DNA from: Octopus sinensis
Lineage: Eukaryota
Assembly (NCBI RefSeq): GCF_006345805.1
Contig: NC_042999.1
Location: forward strand, 119,288,001-119,352,000
Length of the DNA stretch: 64,000 bases
Reading direction: 5' to 3'
Within the stretch, counting starts at the first letter, position 1; the number at the start of each line of letters is the position of its first letter. Both the position numbers and the translations under genes were made by a program. Under the pieces are notes generated by a model. The model saw nothing but the letters and a program-made list of their open reading frames with translations. It searched no databases and had not been told where the DNA came from. This document shows, one piece after another, positions 47,581 to 60,325 of this stretch.

Positions 47581-48952
47581 CTTAAAGGTGTAAAATATAG
47601 ATGGTAAATGATGATGAGGGTGAAAATAATAATGATGCACAGACACAGACACACATACACATGCATGCACACACACATACACACATGCATATCCACATTT
47701 TTTATAAATATTAGAAAACCATTAGCTGTGGTAAGAAATGGCAAGAGTGTATGCACATTCCTTTTATGTTTCATTGTGTGGAATATATAGGTGTGAGATG
47801 CCAGATAGAGAGTTTCACTGTTGATTTACTGCTTCTCAGAGAAAACAAATATATCCTTTCCAAATCAAAGCATAGAATATTCATCTATAAAGCAGTCATA
47901 GGTTAGGCTAATGCTGTAATGGACAGTTTAGTTTGCAAATTTGTACTTTAGATGTCTCATCATCTGTTAAACAATGAATGCATCCCTCCATATGTATGTA
48001 CGTACATATGTATGACCATACATTCATAGATACATACATACATACATACATACATACAGATCAATGCCATCACTGGAACTGTGAAAATCTGTAAAACTTT
48101 CCAGAAGTTTATCACTTAAGTATATATGGGCATGTCTAGACATGCAAATATATGCATGAAAATACATACATAAAACAAAACAAACAAATCTGCACATATA
48201 TATACATACATATATACATGCAAATATACCCTATTGATGTTGTTAAAATTCCAATGCAGGAGCCTTGGATCTAGGTTAGAAACCCACTATTTCTTTATTG
48301 GCAAAAAATCTTTATAAGACCTGATCTCAGATCCTTGTGAAGGCTTGAACAATTCACGTGACTCAAAATCAGTCTTCTAATTTAGTTCTATTACCAAATG
48401 CAAACAAGAATAAACCTTCAACCTCATAAAATTTCTGTGGCTCACAGTGATATTTACAAAGATTTATTTTAGTTATGCGGTTATTTGTATAAATCTGTGT
48501 ATGTACATGTTTCACTATGTATGTGCAAGTGTGCATGTGCTTTTGCATAGATATGTATATGCTTCCAAAACATTTCCATCATTCATTCAGCTTTTAAGGT
48601 TGCGTTGAACAAGTAAATGCTTAAGTTTCCTATAAATGTTCATTCTTCTAAAATGCTTATGACAGACTTGAACTTATGACCATCAGGTCAGAAGCCTAAC
48701 ATGTTAATTATTCGATCACTAACCTTTTCTCTCTGTCGCTCTCTATTTTTCTCTGTTTATCTCTTTATCTATGTATGAATACCTCTAAACATATCTATCT
48801 ATCTATCTATCTATCTATATATATATATATATATATATATGTATAAATGTATGTATATGTATATATATATATACAAATAGATATATATAAATGGAAAAAA
48901 TATACGCACACATACCCACACACATATATATCTTTATATATATATATGATGA

Positions 48953-49002
<50 letters not shown>

Positions 49003-49833
49003 TCATCAATATGTACATACTTTTATACATATATATCCCTATCTAAGAAATATTTCTTCCCCATGTCTGCAGAATTAAGAGTAAGCAATAGGGCTCCGAA
49101 AGTCAAGCAGAGGCAAATAAAAATACATCTCACAAAGTAAATATATTTGTAAATACATACAAACATACACATACACACACACATAACATAACAAATTAGC
49201 ACACACACATACACACACACATATATATAGACACATGTACACATACATGAATAACATATATGCATCTATGAATCAATAAATAAAGCAAAAAATCCAAGTC
49301 TCTTGTTCCATATCAGGGTCATACAAAGGGAACTTCCCTTTAAAACCCCAGCTTCAATCATCTGACTCTGAATCACAAAGTATCTTAAAATCTATGAACA
49401 AGACTGGTTGGCTCTATATTTGAACTGATCATAGCAGGGTGGTGATTGTTCTAGATGGGAAGTCAGCTTACATATCTAACAGCATGAAGTGGAGATGTTG
49501 CAATGGTAGTGTTGGTGTTGGTGCTGATGTTCTTGTTGGTGGTGGTGGAGGTGATGGTGAAAATGGTGGCCTGGAATAATGAATGTAACTAAAAATGGAT
49601 GATGTTCATGATGATGATGATGATGATGGTGATGGCGATGAGGAGGATGACGATGGTTATGATAAGGATGATGAAATTTATATAAGGAAATATAAGTGTA
49701 TGCATAGTGATAGCAGTTTTATATGCACATATAAGTGTAAATGCATGTGATGTTATGAGTAAGGTTACTCTTAAGGCTATGTGTTTGAGTGCATAAATAT
49801 ACATATTTATATATACACATATACATACACCAC

Positions 49834-49871
<38 letters not shown>

Positions 49872-49898
49872 CATATGTATATAATGCGTATATGTATG

Positions 49899-49929
<31 letters not shown>

Positions 49930-50552
49930 GTAAAAATACAACCTTTATAATTCATACATACATGCACACACACACACACATACACATACATACTGGAACA
50001 TTCACACACATACAAGTTCACATACATACACCTATGCTTGAATATATACATATACACATATTACATATATATTTTACAGATTTCACTTCAACATTTGTGC
50101 ATATAAAACTCACACAGGCATACTTAGATACATAGACATATGCATATATATAGAAACATATGTGTGTGTAGACATACATATATAAATATATATATGTGTA
50201 CATATATATATATGTATATATATATGTATATATATGTAAATATATATATATATATATATGTATACATATATATACATGTATAAATATATATATGCATGTG
50301 TATATATAGACACATGCACACGCAATACTTGTGTGTGTGTGTATGTATGTGTGTCTATTTATGCATGTGTATTTATGTTTAGACCAAAAAGGGGAAGAGA
50401 AAGAGAAGCAAGTAGATAAATAAACAGATGTAGATATATGCATAGCTACAAACATTCAAAACCTGATACATGCAGACTTTTGTAAAGATACACACAGATA
50501 CACAGATAAGCAGATATAATGAACAAAAGACCAACAACATATATATATATCT

Positions 50553-50596
<44 letters not shown>

Positions 50597-50669
50597 GTGT
50601 GTATGTGTGTGCATCTATATATGAAAATATATATATATAAAAATACATATACACACACATATATATGTG

Positions 50670-50701
<32 letters not shown>

Positions 50702-50781
50702 TACATATATACACACACACACATATATATATATTTATATACATATATATATATATATATTTAAATATATATACATATATT

Positions 50782-50853
<72 letters not shown>

Positions 50854-51034
50854 TATATCTAAATATATATATATAAATATATTTGCATATATATATATAT
50901 ATCAATGCAGAAATGTAATGAAATGCATGAATACAGAAAGCAAGAAGGAACATTATCTTTAATGTAAGGCTTGGCTTGTTGTTACAAGTGAAGGGATGCT
51001 ATCACTTGAAACCAATGTTGCAGAGAAAAAACAT

Positions 51035-51575
51035 CTGCAACAACAACAACAGCAACAACAGCAAAAACAAAAACAACAATATCAGCAGCAGCTGCAGCAA
51101 CAACAGCAACAACAACAAACAAAACAAAAGGCAAACTTTCTGTTAATAATAGCAACATCTATAATAACAAAATAATAATAATAATAATAATAATAATTAT
51201 AATAATAATAATAGTAATAATAATAATGATAATAATTACAATAATAATAATAATAGTAATAATAATAATGATAATAATTACAATAACAATAATCACAATA
51301 GTAATAATAATGATAATAGTAATAATTATAATGCTTTCAAATTTTGGCCCAAGGCCAGCAATATCAGGGATGGGGACTCATCAGTTACTTAGACCCATTG
51401 CTTAACTGGTACTTATTTTATTGACCCCAAGATGATAAAAGGCAATGTCAACCTCAGCAGCATTTTCAACTCAGAACATAAAGTTGGATGAAATGTTGCT
51501 AAGCATTTTGGCCACTGTGCTAACGATTCTACCAGCTTATTGCTTTAATGATAATAATAATAAAAATAAAAATAA

Positions 51576-51627
<52 letters not shown>

Positions 51628-51728
51628 GATTTGATTCAGATTCGTTCTTATACCAAGAATAAGAATGAACCTGTGCCTAATCAATAATAATAATAATAAT
51701 AATAATAATGATAATAATAATAATAATG

Positions 51729-51768
<40 letters not shown>

Positions 51769-51785
51769 TAATAATAATAATAATG

Positions 51786-51825
<40 letters not shown>

Positions 51826-52020
51826 TAATAATTATAATAATTCTTTCTAATTTTGGTGCCAGGCCATCAAATTTGAGGGGCAGGGAGAAGTTTTTTTTTA
51901 TGTTAGCCTCAGTATCTGATTGGTACTGAATGGATGAAAGGTAAATTTGATCCAGAGTTGGACTCTGAGCCTAAAGCCAAAAGGTATGCCACTAAGAAGT
52001 GGCAATAATAATAATAATAA
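51035..52020. repeat. (AAC)n/(TAA)n arrays hosting two minus-strand SINE family 1 copies (51335-51545, 51850-52008)
   Basis: Visible arrays; tttcaaattttggcccaaggccagc...aaaggcaatgtcaacc...aactcagaac. Confidence 0.85.
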
Positions 52021-52659
52021 TACTTTTCTTATTGGTCTCAATACCCACAAAAAATAAACCGTTTGGGACAATTCAAAGTCAAAGAACAGAGGAGGATTAC
52101 ATAAACAGATATAAACGATAAAAGGAAATGCAATTATTAACTAAAAATTCTTACAAAACTCCTCAACAGAAGGAATACCACCCACTGGTGACCAAGCAAT
52201 CCCATGGATTCTGGGTCACCTTGACCACAAAGCATATTATAGCATATGCTCCTATCTCCTCTGTACTTTACAGCCTATAGATCCATGCTTGGAAAAGGTC
52301 CATTTTCTTAGGTTGTTTGCATTACATTCATCTACCTTCCATCAGATCTATAGGGAAGCGGTTGGGGAAGAACCTCCCTCTCAACCCTCACCTTCCTTTC
52401 CATGTGCAACTAGAAAAAGTCCTTGTGAAAATATTAGTTAGTTGATTTTCATTGATGCTCTTAAATGCTGCTAACCCTCCAAAGAATGTGATGGTGGAAC
52501 TTCCACTGTCTGCATAACCTAACTAGTTACACAGTCAGTGGCAACATTTTTCAGAATTGTACTATCTGAAAATCACCAACCAAATGACTCTGTACATTGC
52601 ACTGTTGCTGATTAAAATCACTGAATTGATGTTCAATTCTGATTCAACTCTTTCTTTTA

Positions 52660-52860
52660 CTCTCTTTTACTTGTTTCAGTCATTTGACTGTGGCCATGCT
52701 GGAGCACCGCCTTAAGTAGAGCACATCGATCCCAGGACTTATTCTTTGTAAGCCTAGTACTTATTCTATCGGTCTCTTTTGCTGAACCACTAAGTAGTAG
52801 GGATGTAAACACACCACCATCGGTTGTCAAGCGATGTTGGGAGGACAAACACATAAACCC
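52660..52860 (-). mobile_element. SINE family 2, 3' half
   Basis: cttttacttgtttcagtcatttgactgtggccatgctggagcaccgcc...ggttgtcaagcgatgttggg. Confidence 0.85.
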
Positions 52861-53642
52861 TTTAGCAGTGTCTGGTTTGAGAAACTTTTAACAGTGTTGT
52901 CCTCCAAAATGTTCCCTCTTTCATTTTGGGTATCTCTTGCAAGACTTTCCCATTGCAGCATGTACTGATAATGTTCCTTTCAATCTAAATTCTATGAACT
53001 CTAGTATGGCTGAAGATTAGGCTTATATTTCCAAATTTTCTTCATTCTACATTAAAGTATAATTAATTAACATTTCATGACTTACTATTGCCAAATATAT
53101 TACTAGTGACATTATCATCTGTTTTTATTTTATTTTATTTTTTATGCAGAGCATGTCCCTAGATATTTTTAACTTGCCCTTCTTTCAAATTATTACACTA
53201 CACTATGTTTATTCACAAAGATATCTACCTCTCAAGTTATCTTTGGTACAGTCTTCTTTACTGAAAAGGCCAGATAAGACTAAAATATGTTCAGAGTTTT
53301 CCCACACAGCTGAAATTATCCCACATTCTACTTTAAATTTCCATGTTATTGTGCTTACATTTTTGATCAGAATTGATCATTAATCAAATGGTTCATTCTC
53401 TTCACCACAAATGTGATTTTAATTTATGAAAATTTCCATACCCACATCATTTGATATATTAGCATCAACCTCACTATACATTAATGACCTACATATTATA
53501 TCATATCTTATACTCTCCTGTGCAGATGATACCAGCTCTTACTCCACCTTAACCTTCTGCATACAAATTATCATTGTCATATTGTGAAGAAATTTCAAAC
53601 CAGACATGCATTGCTTACATCAATGGTGATTCTGTAATCATA

Positions 53643-54869
53643 CCAGGCTGAATCAAAAGTTTTTCTGATTTTCCATGATGATTTTTGGCAACTTTTATCT
53701 CCATGTTCCATCATTAATTTGATACAACTTATCCAATTGTTGCTGAATTGTTTATTTTAATATTTTCATAAATAACCTATAAACATTAATTGTTTATTTT
53801 TTAATTCACAGCTTTGATAATAACTGGTGGAAAAAATTGCAAATGGAATCACTTTATGCTACCTATGGAGAAAAGAACTAAGTGCAAGGGTAACAGCAAA
53901 AGAAGTTAATGATGTGGAAGGCCCAGGAACTGTCAACAATTATGTGGCACAAAACTGGTTCATACATTTCAAGGAAGGTGACACCAGCCTCAAAGACAAA
54001 CCAAGGTCAGGATCTTGTGTTGTGGAAGATGAGACCTTTCTTGAAATGGTTAAACACCAGCCAAGCACAAGTGCACATACATTGTTGGCATTTACAAAGC
54101 AGCACCAGTCAACACCTCCATAAGCAGGCCCTTGTGCAGAGACACTGTCAAGAGGTTCCTCATGAACTGACCAATGACCAAGCTCATTGTCGGAACATTT
54201 GCAGACAGTTGGCAAATCCTTGAGATGCCTGGTTTTGGCATTGAATAATAACTGAGGATGAAAAACAGATCTATTTTTGTAATCCTAATAAGAGAAATCA
54301 GTGTTTTCATTCTGGCCAAGCTTCACTACCAGTTGTCAAATCAGGGCAGTTTCAATTGGCAGTCATGTTATATGATTTGATGGAATTTTGAATGGATATT
54401 GTACTTTGAGCTTATCCCAGATGGTCGTGCTGTGGATGCTAACCTTTATGCTCAACACCTGCAGTGAGTATTATACCTTAAAAAGCTGCTACTTGGCAGT
54501 GGTCAATCAAAAAGACATGCACTCCTACAACATAACAATTCCCTAGCATGCACTGCTAATGTGACCAAGTGCTACCTCACCCTGCCTACAGTCCAGACCT
54601 TACACCATCAAATTACTACCTGTTCCAAGCATGGTTCATTTTCTTCACAAATTGAGGTTCAACAATATGGATGAGGTTGAAAATGAGTGCAGGAAGCTTT
54701 TTACCTCTAAACCAGCAAAATGGTATAAACATGAAATTGCGGTTCTAGCACAACAAATTGCCACATACATCTTCAGAATATATTTTGATGAATAAATGTT
54801 TTTCATATGTAATTTGTTTTGACTACGAAATAAAGCTTGAGACATGAAAAAACTTTTGACTCAACCTGG
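53643..54869 (+). mobile_element. Full-length (1227 bp) inactive mariner (Tc1/mariner, DD34D type)
   Basis: TA TSDs (53641-42, 54870-71); TIRs CCAGGCTGAATCAAAAGTTTTT / AAAAACTTTTGACTCAACCTGG (2 mismatches); HTH region GTVNNYVAQNWF.HFKEGDTSLKDKPRSG; ITEDEK; LLQHNN; HPAYSPDLTPSNY; frameshifts. Confidence 0.93.
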
Positions 54870-55344
54870 TACTGTAATGAGAACATAATTATCTCACTCA
54901 TCAGCATAAAGATAATTATGCTTGATAAGTTCCCTACATCTGATCTATACACAACCAAAACCTTCAAGATTACAATGAATGTTAGATCTTACAGACTCTC
55001 ATAAACTCCCAAGGCAACCTTACATATATCATTGTCAAAATAGCACCACAGAGACTATGCTTTCTCTCAGTACCAGAAAAGACTTTAATCCTAATTAATA
55101 ACTGAAGCTCTGAGCAACTAAGCAGGATTGCTAGCTTCATTCGTTGGGCAGCAGCTATTGTAGTGCAACCCCTTTAAACAGTATAGTTGATTAAATTAAC
55201 TGTAATACTCATTTAAGTCTGTTAATTATCTTGTAGAACTATTTTTATTAAGTAACTAAGTTTCCTAATTACTCATATATCAAAAACTGTGTTGCTACTA
55301 CATATACAAACATTATAGGCTACATTTAATAACAGAAACCTAGT

Positions 55345-55406
55345 TAAATCTTAGATAAAGCTCAGATATGTTTCGACCAAAGATTGGTCCAGGCCATGTC
55401 TAACTT
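55345..55406 (-). mobile_element. Extremely 5'-truncated copy (about 46 bp plus tail) of the CR1 at 22105
   Basis: Reverse complement aagttagacatggcctggaccaatctttggtcgaaacatatctgag matches 24139-24175 region with 2 mismatches, followed by a degenerate ATCTAAG tail. Confidence 0.85.
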
Positions 55407-55844
55407 AAAAGTTAATTGACAAAATTGACCATAACACTGAAACAACAGATGAGCTGCTTTTTTCCTTCAGCCTCTTCTACTGTTAGGACGATGAATCTAC
55501 TCTTCTGGACTACCAAACTACTGTTACATACATCTCTACCTTGGCCCAGCTTTTGCACAGGGCTTGCTTCTGCTCTTCACCTCTACCATGTCACATTTCT
55601 CTAACTTCACACTAAGCACTTTTCTCCAGTGTATCATCTTTCAGCATAAATCTTCTGTGAAAAATGTTAATGTCACCACAACTTATTTCTCCCTACCTGC
55701 AAATTTAAGGTTTTAATCATATGTTCGAAATCATATGTTTAATATGGTAAAGGTGTTGTTTAGATCCTGATCAGCACTGGTTGAGCAGATCTTTGATCAC
55801 CACCACCATTCCTTAATTGGGCCTTACAGAGGCGACAAGTGACT

Positions 55845-56118
55845 GAGATGTTTGGTGATATGCTATGCTTGAGAAGACTCACCAAGCCAAGTGAAATCAA
55901 AGTTGTGGTCATTGCCGGTGTCATGTAAATAGCTCCAGTGCCAGTGTCACATAGAAAGCACCCTTTCTACTCTTGGTGTGGTTGGTGTTAGGAAGGGCTT
56001 CCAGCCATAGAAGCCATGCCAAATCAGATTGGAACCTGGTGCAGCTCTCCAGCTTACAAGGTCCTATCAAACCATCAACCAGCATAGAAAGCAGAGATTA
56101 AATGATAATGATGATGAT
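55845..56118 (+). mobile_element. SINE-like family 3 copy, diverged
   Basis: ggttggtgttaggaagggcttccagcc...tcagattggaacctggtgcagc...ttaaatgataatgatgatgat. Confidence 0.75.
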
Positions 56119-57297
56119 AGTATGCCAAAGACTATGTTACCTAGTGTACTGAGGTGTTATTTTACAGAGATTTGACTGCTATTTCTAGCAGGTTTATCTA
56201 CCACATAGAGACTTCCTTATTCATTCATGTAGCAAAATTTTGTTTTTAAGGTACAATGTTGGAGTATATTTTAAAAAAAAATGATCTGAAATTAATAAAT
56301 TCTAATTAATAATTTCAGTGTTGCTCTAAAAATAATTTTTTGATTATAACCTCTTGTGGAAACATATTTGGCATCCATAATTATCAGATGATTGACCTTG
56401 TTAGATTTTTTGTTTTGCCATCACTGCGTAGCATTCAGAGCTATGTGTATTCCCTCAGTCAAGCTGCTTAGAGACCAGTTAATATCCAAAACAAATCACC
56501 AAGCAGTGCACATTTGATAATTATGTTCAAACAAAGTAACATAATATGCCATAGGAAATATTAATTAAATAATTTTATTTTACTACTATTATTATTTTTG
56601 TAACCATTTTATGTTTTAAAGTACATTGGATTGTTTATACCCACTATTTTCTATGACTTTGGTTGATGGATTTCTATTTTTTTTTTTGTAGCGTACAAGA
56701 TGGAAAAAGGCTACCACTTAGCTCCAAGCTCAACCTTCCTTCATTCCTGGAAGAAAATGGGTAATAGAACAATGAGTATTTTTCTCCCATGGTCCTCACA
56801 AAGCATAGCAGAGCTATTTCAGAGAGGAAGACAGAGAAAGAGAAAGGAAGAAAATCAACACCCAGTAATTGGTAATTTATTCACTGACTCTCGAGAGAAG
56901 AAAGAATAATCTTCATCTTCACAATTTATGAGCTCAAAAAGCAAAAAGCTGGATCAATTATCACAAGGTATTTGCTGTTTAATGCTCTAATGATCCTGCC
57001 AATTATCTACACTGAATAATACTATCTTTCATTTTATCTTGTACTTGTTTCAATCTTTGGACAGTGGTCATGCTGGAGCAGCACCTTGGAAAGTTTTAGT
57101 CAAATGAATCAACCCATTACTAAATTGTTTTCGTAAGCCTGGTGATTTTTCTATTGGTCTTTTTTGCTGAACTTCTAAGTTGCATAGATGTAAACAAACC
57201 AATACTAGTTGCCAAGTGAGGGACAAGCACAAAGACATACACATTGATATGTGCATATACAAATATAGACACACACACACACACACACACACACACA

Positions 57298-57450
57298 TTG
57301 TCTGTAGAAAGCATAAATCCCAAACAAGAAGTACTAAGAGGTCTTGGGCCAACAACAGGTTTTAGGTTAATGATATGCCATAAAGCTAAACCCATTATGG
57401 ACGGGAAACCTAAGGTAATTCCATAAACCACTGACCTTCCCCATTTTATA
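57298..57450. mobile_element. Family A element copy 3 (head plus inverted arm) with degenerate plus-strand hammerhead (57358-57429)
   Basis: TTAATGA tatg ccataaag-ctaaacc-cattatgg acgg GAAA cc-taa-ggt A attccataaacc. Confidence 0.7.
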
Positions 57451-57455
57451 TATAT

Positions 57456-57496
<41 letters not shown>

Positions 57497-57498
<2 letters not shown>

Positions 57499-57987
57499 AA
57501 ATAAGCAACAAGGATATCCAGAGGTAATGCAGTACGATCGTTTCATGCGACTCCATTTAATTGAACAATGCCAATATTACATCAGTTTTAAAATGTAGAG
57601 CAATCTTCAGCTCTAGATAGATTCTAGTTTCCATTAGACTTGATAAAATAGTCTATAAAATTAGAACTACCCTCCGCCAGTAGTAAATCTAAACAACAAA
57701 GTAAAATAAATGATAAGCATTGTCTTCCTGTGAAAAAATATCAGTTACAACTATGATGTTGTTGATGAAACATGTCCTTTGTCTATCTACTTATCCTCTT
57801 TGTGATTTTGGTTAATGGAATAACTATACAAATGAATCCTTTGAATTTAACTAAATTCTATATTTTTATGCAGCTGAAGATTGCTCTACATTTTAAAACT
57901 GATGTAATAATTGCATTGTTTAATTAAACGGAGTTGCATGAAACGATCATACTGCATTACCTCTGGATATCCTTGCTGCTTATTTTG
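57497..57987. mobile_element. Inverted-repeat element family C (116-bp arms 57497-57612 and 57872-57987)
   Basis: caaaataagcaacaaggatatccagaggtaatgcagt...gagcaatcttcagct is mirrored with about 9 mismatches; CTGAAGA at the inner end of each arm; abuts (TA)n. Confidence 0.9.
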
Positions 57988-58248
57988 GTTGTAATCACTC
58001 AATTTTGAATTATATGGATTATACCATACTAAATTTTGGTGCCTTTAACTTAAGTACCAAATTCATCTGAATCTAAATTTTACTGAATTTACATATATAT
58101 ATATATATATATTTGTGTGTGTGTGTGTGTGTAATTATATATATGTGCATATATATATATTATTAATAAATTATTAATAGTTAGGGAATATAATAATTCC
58201 AAGCCAACAGGAAAAAAATTCAATTTAGCACACTAAATCAAAAATTAT

Positions 58249-58279
<31 letters not shown>

Positions 58280-59163
58280 AACATGATGAGCTTCTTTCAG
58301 TTTCTCTCTACCAAATCCAATCACTATGTTTTTGTCAGCCTGGGGTCAGAGAACAAGACACTTGACCAAGTTACCATGCCGTGGAACTAAACTAAGAACC
58401 ATGTCAGTGGGAAACAACCTTCTAACTTCATAGCAATGCCCATGCCAATATAAAAACGTACTTCTCATTTTTTTGGTAAAAAATTTTATTTCCTTTGAAT
58501 TAATTTTGAAAAATCTTGCCTCTCACAATATAGAAACATTTCTCATGGCTCCAGTACATATGCATATTTTGTAGAATTAATTAATTTGCATTCTTTCTAG
58601 TGTGTTACATGACATTCTACATTCACTGTATGCTTATTCTGAATGGTTTATTTATAGTAAATAAGATTTGTGGGTGTACATGTGGTTTTATTGCTAAGAT
58701 ACTTCACAGCTATATAGCGTTAGTTCCAGTCTGACTGTGCAGTTCTTTGGAGAAGTGTCTTCTAGCATAACCTGCCAATCATCCACACTAATAAACCCAT
58801 ACAAAATCATTTTTATAGTTTTCTGTAAAATAATTTTGAACTTTTTGTAAGCTAACTGACTCTGAGCACTTTAATTTTTTCACAGTGAATGTACTGGCTG
58901 CCTCAAACACTTTGTACAGAACATCCTCAGAGGAACCATGTAGATTGATTACCACAACACAGACAGTGACTACTGATACCTACCTCATGGCTCCCAACCT
59001 CAAATAGTGAAATTTTATTTCGAAAATCTCTGCAGCAGCCTATTGGAGAACTTTCTGGCTATCAAACTCCACTCATATGTTTTGTAGAGGTAGATTTGTT
59101 CTCACTCACAGTTTAACACCATTACCTGGCATTTGGCTGTGTTTAACAGAGTTCCCTCTATAG

Positions 59164-59735
59164 CAATGGTTCCCAACCACTTTTTGCCTATGGACCCCTT
59201 TGATTCCTGTTTTACTCTACTGGAATCTCATAGCCATTTGATGTTTAAAAAAGTCTTATATTAATATAAATAAATCTTATGAATTGTACAAAAAAATTGT
59301 TGAAATATCTTGTGATGTAGAAGTAATCCAATTTATTACACGTAAATTTTAACAGCAAAATTTTATGTGGACCCCCCCCCCCCGGGCCAGGTGGACCCCC
59401 AAGGCCCATGTGAACTCCCAAGGCCCAAGTGGACTCCCAAGGCCCATGTGAACCCCTAAGGCTCAGGTGGACCCCCAAGGCCCATGTGAACTCCCAAGGC
59501 CCAAGTGGACTCCCAAGGCCCATGTGAACCCCTAAGGCTCATATGGACCCCCAAGGCCCATGTGGACTCCCAAAGCCCATGTGGATTCCCAGGGGCCATG
59601 TGGACCCCCAAGTCCGATATGGACCCCCTAGGCCCATGTGGACTCCCAAATCCCATGTGGACCTCAAGGTCAAAGTGGACCCCAAAGCCTAAATGGACTT
59701 CCAAAGGGACATGTGGACCCCAGTGAGAACCATTG
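59164..59735. mobile_element. hAT/Charlie-type MITE containing a 19-bp minisatellite
   Basis: 8-bp TSD CTCTATAG (59156-63) / CTCTACAG (59736-43); termini CAATGGTTCCCAAC / GTGAGAACCATTG; about 17 GTGGACYCCCAAGGCCCAT units at 59391-59721. Confidence 0.9.
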
Positions 59736-59921
59736 CTCTACAGCAAACAAGTCAACCAGATCATTGGTGTGTGACATTGTATTCCCTTTCCTTCTCACAT
59801 CAGTCTTAGAGATCCTGCAAATAGCCACAAATGCTGCCCTTCCTACACTGACTTAACCATTTCACAAGATTTTTTAAAAAAGATACTGTATGGCCCTACG
59901 TCAGTTCTGGTCAAGCAGACT

Positions 59922-60325
59922 TATGCAGATGTGGCTGTGTTGTAAGAAGCTTACTTCCCAACCACATGGTTCTGAGTTCAGTCTCACAGTGTGGTATCTT
60001 GGGTAAGTGTCTTCTACAATAGTCTTAGGATGACCAAAGCCTTGGGAGTGGATTTGATAGATGGAAACTGAAAGAAGCCTGTCATATATATGTATGTATT
60101 TGTGTGTTTGTGTCTGTGTTTATCCCAACCACATCGCTTGACAACCGATGTTGGTGTGTTTATGTTCCTGTAACTTAGCAGTTCGGCATAAGAGAATGAT
60201 AGAATAAGTACTAGGCTTCCAAAGAATAAGTCTGGGGTTGACTTCTTTGATTAAAACCCCTTAAAGTGAGGCTCCAGCATGGCCGCTGTCAAATGACTGA
60301 AACAAGTAAAAGAATAAAAGAAAGA
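59922..60325 (+). mobile_element. Full-length SINE family 2 copy
   Basis: gtggctgtgttgtaagaagcttacttcccaaccacatgg...gtcaaatgactgaaacaagtaaaagaataaaag. Confidence 0.88.

Larger units (their letters stand above)
57040..58425 (-). mobile_element. SINE family 2 copy split by about 950 bp of nested inserts (halves 57040-57297 and 58240-58425)
   Basis: 3' half: gtggtcatgctggagcagcacc...; 5' half: gagcttctttcagtttctctctaccaaatcca...gacacttgaccaagttacc. Confidence 0.75.

Noticed and set aside
58880-59060. Candidate small exons on either strand
   Set aside because: Splice signals are weak or unpaired and the peptides are unrecognisable.
59391-59721. CRISPR-like 19-bp array and its ORFs (59245-59856)
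   Set aside because: Contiguous tandem units without unique spacers inside a hAT MITE; the ORFs are by-products.
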